A stretch of DNA of 24,111 nucleotides from Gemmatimonadota bacterium (GTDB lineage Bacteria > Gemmatimonadota > Gemmatimonadetes > Palauibacterales > Palauibacteraceae): contig JBHIAV010000045.1 of assembly GCA_046758745.1 (NCBI GenBank), positions 1-24,111 of the forward strand, in the 5' to 3' direction. The position numbers and the translations under genes were made by a program. Positions 1 through 10,767 of the stretch are shown piece after piece; position 1 is the first letter of the stretch, and each line of letters starts with the position of its first letter. A model generated the notes under the pieces. It was not told where the DNA came from. It did not search any database and saw nothing but the letters and a program-made list of their open reading frames with translations.

Positions 1-47
1 GGGTGCTCTACTGGGCGCTGCGGGAGGTGTGCCCCTCTTTCCGCTGA
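1..47 (+). CDS. Possible 3' end of an unidentified gene entering the window (...VLYWALREVCPSFR*)
   Basis: The frame starting at base 3 reads GTG CTC TAC TGG GCG CTG CGG GAG...CGC TGA (stop 45-47) with G/C at almost every third position. It converges on the gene ending at 66. Too short to identify. Confidence 0.3.
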   Translation, partial: VLYWALREVCPSFR

Positions 48-65
48 GAGCGCGGCGGGCGCCGG

Positions 66-656
66 CTACTTCCGCCGATACATTCCCACAAGCTGGCCCT
101 GCGCCAGGATGTGCCCCTCCATGGCGCGGACCACATCCTTCTTCTCGGCCCCGTCGGGCAGCGTGAGCGTGGCATCCAGCGCATAGAGCTTGAAGAAGTA
201 GCGGTGAGGTGCGCCGCGTGGCGGGCAGGGACCGCCGTAGCCGATCCGCCTGAAGTCGTTCCTCCCCTGCCTCGCGCCTTGCAGTACGGTCGGCGTGGTC
301 GGGAGTCCCTCCGGGAGTTCCGCGACATCGGCGGGGATATCGTACAGCACCCAGTGGACCCATGTGCCGACGGGCGCATCGGGATCGTCACCGATCAGAG
401 CAAAGGTCACCGTACCCTCGGGCGCGCCCGTCCACGAGAGCGGTGGCGAGAGATCCTGGCCGTCACATGTGTAGCGGACGGGAATCGACGCTCCGTCCTC
501 GAAGGCGGAGCTCGTGATGGAGATCGTCATCGGGCCCTCGCGTTCCGACAGGGTGGCATCCGCATCGCGGGAGCACGCCGCAGCGGTGAGGAAGAGAAGG
601 AGCACGGCGGGGGAGGCCGCGCCTGACGGGGTCCACCTTCCGTTCAGAAGATCCAT
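66..656 (-). CDS. YbhB/YbcL family Raf kinase inhibitor-like (PEBP) protein, probable lipoprotein
   Basis: Motifs ITSSAF..G..IP..YTCDG.D.SPPL.W, DPDAP.GTWVHW, GYGGPCPP, HRYFFKLYALD. GGAGGGG Shine-Dalgarno precedes ATG 656; a hydrophobic stretch ends in LTAAAC. An alternative start at ATG 530 (MTISITSS) is possible. Confidence 0.93.
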   Translation of the reverse strand: MDLLNGRWTPSGAASPAVLLLFLTAAACSRDADATLSEREGPMTISITSSAFEDGASIPVRYTCDGQDLSPPLSWTGAPEGTVTFALIGDDPDAPVGTWVHWVLYDIPADVAELPEGLPTTPTVLQGARQGRNDFRRIGYGGPCPPRGAPHRYFFKLYALDATLTLPDGAEKKDVVRAMEGHILAQGQLVGMYRRK

Positions 657-708
657 TCGTCCCCTCCGAAACGAAAAGTTAATTTACCGCCGCGTGCGGG
701 GGTGCGCA

Positions 709-1518
709 TCAGCGTCGCGCGAGCGCCCGTCCAGATCTCACCTCGCTCGCCATCTCGCCGGTGCGGGCGCGCGGCCGGCGCGCGAAGTGGTGGGCCTGTC
801 GGATCGGTTCCGGAAGCCGGAAGCGCGGCGAGCAGCGCAGCACGTACTCGAGCGCGCTCGCGAGGCAGATCCGGTGTCCGACAGAGACGTACACGGGCTT
901 CACGTTCGACCGCGTGCGCAGGGCCATGCCGACCGTCTCCTCGCCGTCGACCAGCCGGCGGCTCGCTCCACGCTCGGGAGGAAGAGGCGCGTGGTGGCCT
1001 ACAAGGAGGCTCTTCGCCACACCTATGGCCGGCGTGTCGGTCAGCAGGCCGAGATGGCAGGCCAGCCCGAAACGGCGCGGGTGGGCAACACCGTGCCCGT
1101 CGCACAGGAGGAGATCCGGCGGCTCGCCCAGCCCGGCGAGCGCCTCGAGGACCGGCGGCAGCTCGCGGAAGGCGAAGAGGCCGGCGATGTACGGGAAGGA
1201 TACCGCGCGGCTCGCGGTCACGACCTCCACCCGCTCGAGCGAGGGATAGACGAGCACCGCCACCGCGGCCTGGGCCGCCCCGCGGCAGCGATCGAAGTGT
1301 ACATCCACGCCCGCTATCCGGCGTATCTTTCCCCGTGAGTCCTCGGCGACTACACGCGGAGCCAGACGCTTCTGAACCGCGATCGCTTCTGCGGGGGAAA
1401 CCTCCCGGGCCATCGGGCCCTGGTGCATCAAGCCCTTGTGCGTCGAGCCCTCGTGCATCGAGCCCTCGTGCATCGAGCGTCGTGACCCCGCCAGAGGCCG
1501 TGACACGGATGCCTCCAC
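709..1518 (-). CDS. nfi: Endonuclease V (deoxyinosine 3' endonuclease); start uncertain (several in-frame ATGs in the 1411-1478 repeat)
   Basis: Motifs IAGVDV, FPYIAGLFAFRE, DLLLCDGHGVAHPRRFGLACHLG, IGVAKS, PVYVSVGHRI, RLPEPIRQAH; the catalytic D/E/D/H positions are present. Confidence 0.93.
   Translation of the reverse strand: MEASVSRPLAGSRRSMHEGSMHEGSTHKGLMHQGPMAREVSPAEAIAVQKRLAPRVVAEDSRGKIRRIAGVDVHFDRCRGAAQAAVAVLVYPSLERVEVVTASRAVSFPYIAGLFAFRELPPVLEALAGLGEPPDLLLCDGHGVAHPRRFGLACHLGLLTDTPAIGVAKSLLVGHHAPLPPERGASRRLVDGEETVGMALRTRSNVKPVYVSVGHRICLASALEYVLRCSPRFRLPEPIRQAHHFARRPRARTGEMASEVRSGRALARR
1411..1478. repeat. 15-bp tandem repeat, about 4.5 copies (consensus CATCGAGCCCTCGTG)
   Basis: Units: catcgggccctggtg (1411), catcaagcccttgtg (1426), cgtcgagccctcgtg (1441), catcgagccctcgtg (1456), catcgagc (1471). 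Encodes MHEGS-like pentapeptides on the minus strand. Confidence 0.9.
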
Positions 1519-1807
1519 CGACTCCCTCTGCCAGCGCTACAGGGTGCGCAGGAACGCCAGGGACACGCTGCGGTCGCTCGCGGAGAGGGCGTAACTACTA
1601 CCGGCGACCGGCCCCGAAGTGCCCGGCGCGAGCCATGCGTGGCAGGGACCGAGGCGGTGATGTATATGGAGGTGGCGGAACACGGCCGCGGGAAAGCGTG
1701 GTCGGGTCATCCCTCCATCTGACTGCGGCCCTGCTAGGTTGACTGTCGCCGTTCCGGATCTGGCCGCGGCCGTGCCCTGTCCCGACACCCGTACCCGGAG
1801 GACCACC

Positions 1808-3034
1808 ATGAGACGGCTTTCCCTCATCGCCGCGCTCTTCATCGGCGCGCTCACCGCCTGCGAAACCGATTCCGTCGGCCCCGTCGGTCCGAGCCCCGAG
1901 GGGATGCAGGCAGCCAGGGGCGGCAATGGCAAGGGCGACGGAGGGGGCGGAGGCGGTGGCAAGAAGAACAACTCCCCGCCGGTCGCCGATCCGGGCGGGC
2001 CCTACTCCGGTATCGAGGGCACGCCCGTGCTCTTCGACGGGTCGGGCTCCTCCGATCCCGATGGCCCGACTCCCAAGCTCGAATACGCGTGGGACTTCGG
2101 CGATGGCGCCACGGGGAGCGGAATGTCCCCGAGCCACGGCTACGCCGCCGAGGGCATCTACACGGTGACGCTGATCGTGACGGACCGAAAGGGTGGGAGC
2201 GGCCAACCGGCCACCACGACCGCCACCATCTCGGTTGCGCCGCCCGGCTCGGGGGTCGTGCTGGTAGGAGCAGGAGATATCGCCAGCTGCACCTCGAGCG
2301 GAGACGAGGCGACCGCGGCCCTTCTCGACGACATCGGCGGCACCGTGTTCACCGCCGGAGACAACGCGTACAACAGCGGGACGGACGCCGAGTTCGCCGA
2401 CTGCTACGCTCCCACGTGGGGACGGCACAGGTCCCGCACCCGGCCCTCCCCCGGCAATCACGACTACGGCACGGCGGGAGCGGCGGGGTATTTCGGCTAC
2501 TTCGGGGCGGCGGCGGGCGACCCGAACGAGGGCTACTACAGCTACGACCTCGGCGCCTGGCACATCCTGGCGCTGAACAGCAACATCGCGCGGGGCGTCG
2601 GCTCGGCCCAGGAGCAGTGGCTCCGGGCGGATCTCGCGGCGAGCAGCGCCTTGTGCACGCTCGCTTACTTCCACCATCCCCGCTTCACCTCGGGCAGTCA
2701 CGGCGATGACCCATCCATGCAGGCGCTCTGGCAGGCGCTATACGACCGGGGAGCCGACGTCGTCGTGTCCGGGCACGACCACGACTACGAGCGCTTCGCG
2801 CCCCAGACGCCGACCGGCGCGGCCGACCCCGCGAACGGGATCCGAGAGTTCGTGGCCGGGATCGGCGGCAAGAGCCTGCGGAGCTTCAAGATCCCGCGCC
2901 CGAACAGCGAGTTTCGCTACAACGCCACCTTCGGCGTTCTCAAGCTGACGCTGCGGGAGACCGGGTACTCGTGGGAACTCGTCCCCGTGGGCGCCGGTGG
3001 CTCTCCCGACGCCGGGAGCGCGTCCTGCCACTGA
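1808..3034 (+). CDS. Lipoprotein with PKD domain and calcineurin-like (purple acid phosphatase-type) metallophosphoesterase domain
   Basis: GGAGG (1797-1801) before ATG 1808; lipoprotein signal [18 protein letters not shown]; Gly-rich linker; PKD signature PVADPGGPY...[11 protein letters not shown]...YAWDFGDG...YTVTLIVTD; phosphoesterase motifs GDIA, GDNAY, GNHDY, HHP, GHDH. Confidence 0.9.
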   Translation: MRRLSLIAALFIGALTACETDSVGPVGPSPEGMQAARGGNGKGDGGGGGGGKKNNSPPVADPGGPYSGIEGTPVLFDGSGSSDPDGPTPKLEYAWDFGDGATGSGMSPSHGYAAEGIYTVTLIVTDRKGGSGQPATTTATISVAPPGSGVVLVGAGDIASCTSSGDEATAALLDDIGGTVFTAGDNAYNSGTDAEFADCYAPTWGRHRSRTRPSPGNHDYGTAGAAGYFGYFGAAAGDPNEGYYSYDLGAWHILALNSNIARGVGSAQEQWLRADLAASSALCTLAYFHHPRFTSGSHGDDPSMQALWQALYDRGADVVVSGHDHDYERFAPQTPTGAADPANGIREFVAGIGGKSLRSFKIPRPNSEFRYNATFGVLKLTLRETGYSWELVPVGAGGSPDAGSASCH

Positions 3035-3063
3035 GCCGGGACCGTCCTTCGCAGGTGCGACAT

Positions 3064-3108
3064 CCCGCCGGCAAGGCACCAGCGTGCCGGTGGGCCTTGT
3101 TGGGCGGG
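3064..3108 (+). terminator. Long GC-rich stem-loop 30 nt after the phosphoesterase stop; possible terminator or 3' stabiliser (no U-tract)
   Basis: cccgcc-ggcaaggc-acc pairs with ggt-(gg)-gccttgtt-(g)-ggcggg, about 17 bp including G-U pairs. Confidence 0.3.
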
Positions 3109-3325
3109 GCCGCCGGCGCGACCTTGCCGACCGCAACCGTGAGTGCGGTCACAGCCCGCTCCGCTGCCCCGACGAGTGGGCGCCGGATTTCGGGCGCGTC
3201 GCCGGGGCGCGGGCCGCATCAGCGAAGGCATGAGCCGGACAGGGCTCGGTGCCGGAAAGAAGTCGATCGAGTCGGTCCCGATCAGGAGGAACCCCGGCCA
3301 CCGCACCCGCGTGCAGGAGGAGCGA

Positions 3326-4309
3326 GTGACCCTCTCCGCGGCTCCATCCCGCGCCATGCGGGCGGTGTGGCTCGAAAACCGTGCACTCCGTCTCCGCCAC
3401 GACGTCCCCGTCCCCGACCCACCGCCCGGCGAGGCGCTCATCCGCGTCCTTCTCGCCGGCATCTGCAACACGGACCTCGAGCTGGTTCGCGGCTACTACC
3501 CGTTCACCGGGATCCTCGGGCACGAGTTCATCGGCCTGGTGGAGGAGGGACCCGACCATCTGGTGGGCCGCCGCGTGGTCGGCGAGATCAACGCCGCCTG
3601 CGGGGGCTGCCGGGCCTGCACGGCCGGCAGGCGGACCCACTGCGACAACCGCACCGTGCTCGGGATCGTGGGTCGCGACGGGGCGTTCGCCGACTACCTG
3701 GTGCTGCCGGCGGAGAACCTCCACCGGGTGCCGGACGCGGTCCCAGCGGAGGCCGCCTGTTTCGTGGAGCCGCTCGCGGCGGCGCTGGAGATCCAGGAGC
3801 AGGTACCGATCGGACCCGAAGACCGCGTGGTCGTCGTGGGTGCCGGCAAGCTGGGCCAGCTGATCGCGCGAACGCTCGTCCTCACCGGCTGCGACCTCAC
3901 GGTGGTGGGACGAGAACCGGGGAAGCTGGCGACGCTGGCGGAGCTCGGCATCCGAACCGGGGCAGGGCAAGGGCTCGAGCCGGCCGCCTTCGACGTGGCG
4001 GTGGAGTGCACGGGCAACCCGGATGGCTTCGAGATCGCCCGCCGGGCCGTGCGCCCCCGCGGGACGCTCGTGATGAAGAGCACATACGCGGGGCGGCTTA
4101 CCCTCGATGCCTCGGCGCTGGTGGTGGACGAGATCACCCTCGTCGGGTCGCGCTGCGGGCCGTTCGCCCCGGCGATCGAGCTGTTGCGGGAGGAGCGGGT
4201 CCGGGTCGAGCCGCTCATCGACGCCCGCTACCCGCTGGAGCAAGCGCTCCTGGCGTTCGAGGCGGCGGCCCGGCCGGGCGCCCTCAAGGTCCTGCTGGAG
4301 ATCACGTAG
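3326..4309 (+). CDS. Zinc-dependent alcohol dehydrogenase (MDR superfamily), substrate unknown
   Basis: AGGAGGAG precedes in-frame GTG 3326 (alternative ATG 3356). Catalytic Zn motifs GICNTD, GHE, EPLAAA; structural Zn C-xx-C-xx-C-x7-C; Rossmann motif VVGAGKLG. Confidence 0.92.
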   Translation: MTLSAAPSRAMRAVWLENRALRLRHDVPVPDPPPGEALIRVLLAGICNTDLELVRGYYPFTGILGHEFIGLVEEGPDHLVGRRVVGEINAACGGCRACTAGRRTHCDNRTVLGIVGRDGAFADYLVLPAENLHRVPDAVPAEAACFVEPLAAALEIQEQVPIGPEDRVVVVGAGKLGQLIARTLVLTGCDLTVVGREPGKLATLAELGIRTGAGQGLEPAAFDVAVECTGNPDGFEIARRAVRPRGTLVMKSTYAGRLTLDASALVVDEITLVGSRCGPFAPAIELLREERVRVEPLIDARYPLEQALLAFEAAARPGALKVLLEIT

Positions 4310-4373
4310 GCCGGTCCGACGCGACCCCTTCCCCACGACGGCGTACGGCCCCACTAGCCAGATTCCCCCGCTC

Positions 4374-4402
4374 CTGACACGTTTCATCTATCCAGGTATC
4401 AT
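4374..4402 (+). promoter_or_regulatory. Sigma70-type promoter for the xdh operon
   Basis: CTGACA (4374-4379), 17-nt spacer, TATCAT (4397-4402): 5/6 match at both boxes, in an AT-richer patch about 70 nt upstream of the GTG start. Confidence 0.65.
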
Positions 4403-4471
4403 CTGTTCCAGGAACTCCGCCCCGTTCACCGGAGCGGCGGACGAGGCGTCGGACCGGGAGAAGCACGGAAA

Positions 4472-7159
<2,688 letters not shown>

Positions 7160-7172
7160 GGCCCGGGGAGCA

Positions 7173-9338
7173 ATGGCAGAGCTCCGCCCGGTCCCGTTCC
7201 CGGACCTGCTGCGCCGCATGCGGCGCGAGGTCGAGGCGAAGAGCGCGATCTTCGATCTTCCCGTTCGCAAGTGGCACATCCCCGATGGGAAGCTGGACTT
7301 CTCGGCCGTTCACTTCTCGCGCCGCGCCTCCACGCCCGTAGGCCCCGCCGCCGGCCCCCATACGCAGCTCGCGCAGAACATCGTGCTCGCGTGGCTCGCC
7401 GGGGGACGGATCATGGAGATCAAGACGGTGCAGGTGAACGACCGGCTCCAGATCCCACGCCCATGCATCCACGTTCCGAACATCGGCTACAACGTCGAGT
7501 GGTCCCAGGAGCTTCGTGTTCAACAGTCGCTGCTCGAGTACGCGAAGGCGGCCTATCTCATCGAGGTCCTGAAAGCCACGCGGGGTTTCGGGATCTTCCC
7601 GACGGACTTCGGCTTCGAGACGGTGTTCGACATCAGCGTGGGCTACGACCTCGACGGGATCCGCAGCGAGAAGGTGACAGGCTTCATCGAGGCGCTGAAG
7701 ACTCCGGGACCGGTCTTCGATGAGCTGCGGGGTCAGCTCGCCGGGGACCTGGCCGAGTTCCGAGATCTGGCACTGCCCGAATCGATCTCCGACTGCGTCA
7801 CTCTGTCCACCTTCCACGGCTGTCCCGCCGATCAGATCGAATCGATCGGACGCTACCTGCTCCAGGAGCTAAGGCTCCACACGATCATCAAGCTGAACCC
7901 CACGTTGCTCGGCTTCGAGCGCGTGCACGAGATCCTCATCGATCGCCTCGGCTATACGCACCTCGAGCTCCGGCGTCAGGCGTTCGATGTCGATCTGCAG
8001 TACGAGGAGGGGATCGAGATCCTGCGGCGTCTCCGCTTGGTGGCGGAGAGCATCGGGTCCATGATCGGGGCGAAGTTCACCAACACGCTCGTGGTGGAGA
8101 ACGACCCCGGCATCTTCCCCACCCACACGGATCCTTACATGTACGTCTCGGGTGCGCCGCTGCACGTCATCTCGATGAACCTGATGCAGCGTTTCCGCGA
8201 AGATCTCGGCTTCGAGTTCCCCGTCTCCTTCTCGGCCGGAATCGACGTCAGGAACTTCCCGGCCGCGGTAGCGTGCGGGATGGTGCCTGTCACCACCTGC
8301 ACCGACCTCCTGCGTCAGGGCGGATTCGGCCGGCTGCCCGGGTACCTTCGCGCTCTCGGCCGAGAGATGGCCCGATGCGAGGTCACGACCCGGGAGGCGT
8401 ACGTGCTCGCCGCCATGGGGCACGGCGCCGAGGCGGTCGAGGAGACACTCAAGGCCTTTCCCGGGGGGGCCGCGCTCTGGGAGCGCGACGGAGCACGACT
8501 GAAGGCCATCGCCCAGGAGGCTCCCGACGACCTTCCTGCGGCCCTGCGCCAGGCTGCGACGGCCGTCGATCTCGACGGGGATGCGATGGTTCTGCACGCG
8601 ACGCGCGTAGCGGGTCGACTCAACGGACGGGAGATCGTGCCGTCCCTCGTCGGCGACCGCCGCTATCACGCCGCCGCCAACGCGAAGACGCCGCGCCGCA
8701 TCGACAGCGTCCTCGAGCTGTACGACTGCATCAACTGCGACCTGTGTATCTGGGCATGCCCCAACGACGCGATCTTCGCCTACGAGGTGGAGGCGGTGGA
8801 GACATCCACGGATCTCCTCCGGCTCGCCGGCGACGGCAGGCTCGACCGCTCCCCCGGCGAGGGGTTCGCCGTTCAGTCCGAGCACCAGTTGGCCGTGCTC
8901 GAGGGGGCGTGCAACGAGTGCTCGAACTGCGAGGTGTACTGCCCGGAGCACGGAGCCCCATTCAAGCTCAAGGAGCAGCTGTTTGTGGAGCGCGATGTCT
9001 TCGGCAGCTCCACCGGGGACGGATTCTGCCGGGTCGGGAATGCCCTGCATGCCCGGCTGCGCGGTCGTGAATACCGGCTCGAGGTCGACGCGGCGGGGAA
9101 TCGGGGGACGGTGTTCTGTGATGGCTTCACCCTCGAGCTGTCGTGGGAGCCCCTCGAGGTGTTGGACGGCCGGCGCACCGGTGACGGCGAAGGGGCGACA
9201 GGCGCAGACGGATCCGCAGCGCAGGGCGACGCTGCCGATCGCCTCATCGATACGGCCGTGCTGTGGCGCATGAAGACGGTGTGGGATTCGATCTACCACT
9301 CCTCGAAGCCGAATCCGCTGAACATCGGGCCCGCGTGA
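7173..9338 (+). CDS. ygfK: YgfK/UacF-like oxidoreductase: N-terminal FMN/DHOD-like domain + 2x[4Fe-4S], lacking the central GltD-like FAD/NAD(P)H module
   Basis: YgfK N-terminal signatures LRPVPF, TPVGPAAGPHTQLAQNIV, GGR.MEIKTVQ, NVEWSQE, TLSTFHGCP, KLNPTLLG, KFTNTL, MY.SG.PL, SFSAGID, TCTDLL..GG. C-terminal CINCDLCIWACP (8727-8762) and CNECSNCEVYCP (8910-8945). Only 721 aa. Confidence 0.85.
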   Translation: MAELRPVPFPDLLRRMRREVEAKSAIFDLPVRKWHIPDGKLDFSAVHFSRRASTPVGPAAGPHTQLAQNIVLAWLAGGRIMEIKTVQVNDRLQIPRPCIHVPNIGYNVEWSQELRVQQSLLEYAKAAYLIEVLKATRGFGIFPTDFGFETVFDISVGYDLDGIRSEKVTGFIEALKTPGPVFDELRGQLAGDLAEFRDLALPESISDCVTLSTFHGCPADQIESIGRYLLQELRLHTIIKLNPTLLGFERVHEILIDRLGYTHLELRRQAFDVDLQYEEGIEILRRLRLVAESIGSMIGAKFTNTLVVENDPGIFPTHTDPYMYVSGAPLHVISMNLMQRFREDLGFEFPVSFSAGIDVRNFPAAVACGMVPVTTCTDLLRQGGFGRLPGYLRALGREMARCEVTTREAYVLAAMGHGAEAVEETLKAFPGGAALWERDGARLKAIAQEAPDDLPAALRQAATAVDLDGDAMVLHATRVAGRLNGREIVPSLVGDRRYHAAANAKTPRRIDSVLELYDCINCDLCIWACPNDAIFAYEVEAVETSTDLLRLAGDGRLDRSPGEGFAVQSEHQLAVLEGACNECSNCEVYCPEHGAPFKLKEQLFVERDVFGSSTGDGFCRVGNALHARLRGREYRLEVDAAGNRGTVFCDGFTLELSWEPLEVLDGRRTGDGEGATGADGSAAQGDAADRLIDTAVLWRMKTVWDSIYHSSKPNPLNIGPA

Positions 9339-9344
9339 GGCGAG

Positions 9345-10757
9345 GTGCGCGCCCCGCGTAGACGTTTCACCAACCTGCGGATTCCTTCGGACGGAGACGG
9401 TACGGCCCCGGCGGAGATCCTCGTTATCGGCGGCCGGATCGCCGACGTCGGGCCTCCGAGCTCGGCGCCGGTCGAGGCGGACGAGGAGATCGTTGACCTG
9501 GGCGGTGGGCTGGTATTGCCCGGTGTGATCGATGTTCACGTGCACTTCGACGACCCGGGCTTTACACACCGCGAGAACTTCGAGACGGGCACGCGCGCCG
9601 CCGCAGCGGGCGGGGTTACATGCATCGTGGACATGCCCGGCACGTCGCTGCCGCCGGTGACTTCCGGCGCGAACCTGCGCGAGAAGCTGGAGGTGATCGC
9701 GCCCAAGGCGCACGTCGATTTCATGCTGTGGGGCGGCGTCTCCGGCAACGCGATCCAGGAGCCGGAGTGGCGTCGCCATCTGGAGGAAGTCGTCGAGCAG
9801 GGCGCGGCGTCGATCAAGGTCTACACGCTTTCCGGAATGGACACGTTCCGGGACCTCTCGGCCAGCCAGATCGGGAAGGTGCTGCGGGAGACACGGCGAC
9901 TCGGCGTCCCGGTGGGGGTGCACGCCGAGGACCGCGACATGGTGCATGCCCTCACCCGGCAGCTTCGGGAAGAAGGCCGGAACGATCCGCTCGCCTACGC
10001 GGCCTCCCGGCCTGCGTCAGCGGAGGTCGAGGCAGTCGAGGCGATGCGCGACCTGTGCCGGGAGACCGGCGCGAGGGTCCACATCGTCCACCTGGCAACG
10101 GGACGTGCCCTGGACGTGGTCAGCATCGCCCGTGGCGAGGGCCTTCCCCTGACGGCGGAGACCTGCCCGCATTTTCTCCAGTTTACGGCCGAGGATCTGG
10201 CGGCACAGGGTGCCCTCCTCAAGACCGCGCCGGTGGTGAAATCGGCGGCCGACCGGGATCGCCTGTGGCGAGGGCTCGCGAGCGGCGAGCTCGAGTTCGT
10301 GGCCACGGACCACGCGGCGGGGCAGTGGCCGGAGGAGAAGAACACCGGCTCCATCTGGACGGACTACGGCGGAGTTCCCGGGGTCGAGCTCTCACTTCCC
10401 TACCTGTTCTCGGAGGGGGTCCGCAAGGGACGGATCACCCTCGAGCGGCTCACCGAGGTCACGGCCTCCGCGCCTGCCCGCTTCCTCGGGATCGAGCACC
10501 GGAAGGGTCGGATCGCACCCGGGCTCGACGCGGACCTGACGGCGCTGGACGAAAACGAGACCTGGACGGTTCGCGGCGAGGCGCTCCACAACCTCAACCG
10601 GTACACGCCACTCGAAGGGATCGAGCTCACCGGTCGGGTGCAGGCGGTGTACCTTCGCGGCGAGCTCGTCTACCGGCGGGAGCCCGACGGCAGCGAGGTC
10701 TTCGGACCGGCGGGCTTCGGGGAGCGCATACGTCGGGAAACCAGGGTGGCGGTGTGA
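9345..10757 (+). CDS. Cyclic amidohydrolase, allantoinase (AllB)-like
   Basis: DVHVHFDDPG.THRENFETGTRAAAAGGVTCIVDMP, SIKVY (carboxylated Lys), HAE, HIVH, ETCPH, ATDHA, KGRIAPG.DAD. Confidence 0.85.
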   Translation: MRAPRRRFTNLRIPSDGDGTAPAEILVIGGRIADVGPPSSAPVEADEEIVDLGGGLVLPGVIDVHVHFDDPGFTHRENFETGTRAAAAGGVTCIVDMPGTSLPPVTSGANLREKLEVIAPKAHVDFMLWGGVSGNAIQEPEWRRHLEEVVEQGAASIKVYTLSGMDTFRDLSASQIGKVLRETRRLGVPVGVHAEDRDMVHALTRQLREEGRNDPLAYAASRPASAEVEAVEAMRDLCRETGARVHIVHLATGRALDVVSIARGEGLPLTAETCPHFLQFTAEDLAAQGALLKTAPVVKSAADRDRLWRGLASGELEFVATDHAAGQWPEEKNTGSIWTDYGGVPGVELSLPYLFSEGVRKGRITLERLTEVTASAPARFLGIEHRKGRIAPGLDADLTALDENETWTVRGEALHNLNRYTPLEGIELTGRVQAVYLRGELVYRREPDGSEVFGPAGFGERIRRETRVAV

Positions 10758-10767
10758 GAGAGGCTCG

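Noticed and set aside
66-656. Functional link between the 'kinase inhibitor-like' PEBP lipoprotein and the kinase-like lipoprotein
   Set aside because: They are 20 kb apart in unrelated transcription units; the family name derives from eukaryotic RKIP and is not evidence.
670-1740. Weak promoter-like boxes (TAAATT at 686-681 on minus; TGcTAGGTT at 1732-1740 on plus)
   Set aside because: Plausible -10 elements, but neither has a convincing -35 box, so support is insufficient.
7173-9338. Selenate reductase or glutamate synthase annotation
   Set aside because: These are legacy names for YgfK homologues; the GltD-like part is the region missing here and no DMSO-reductase-family subunit is present.
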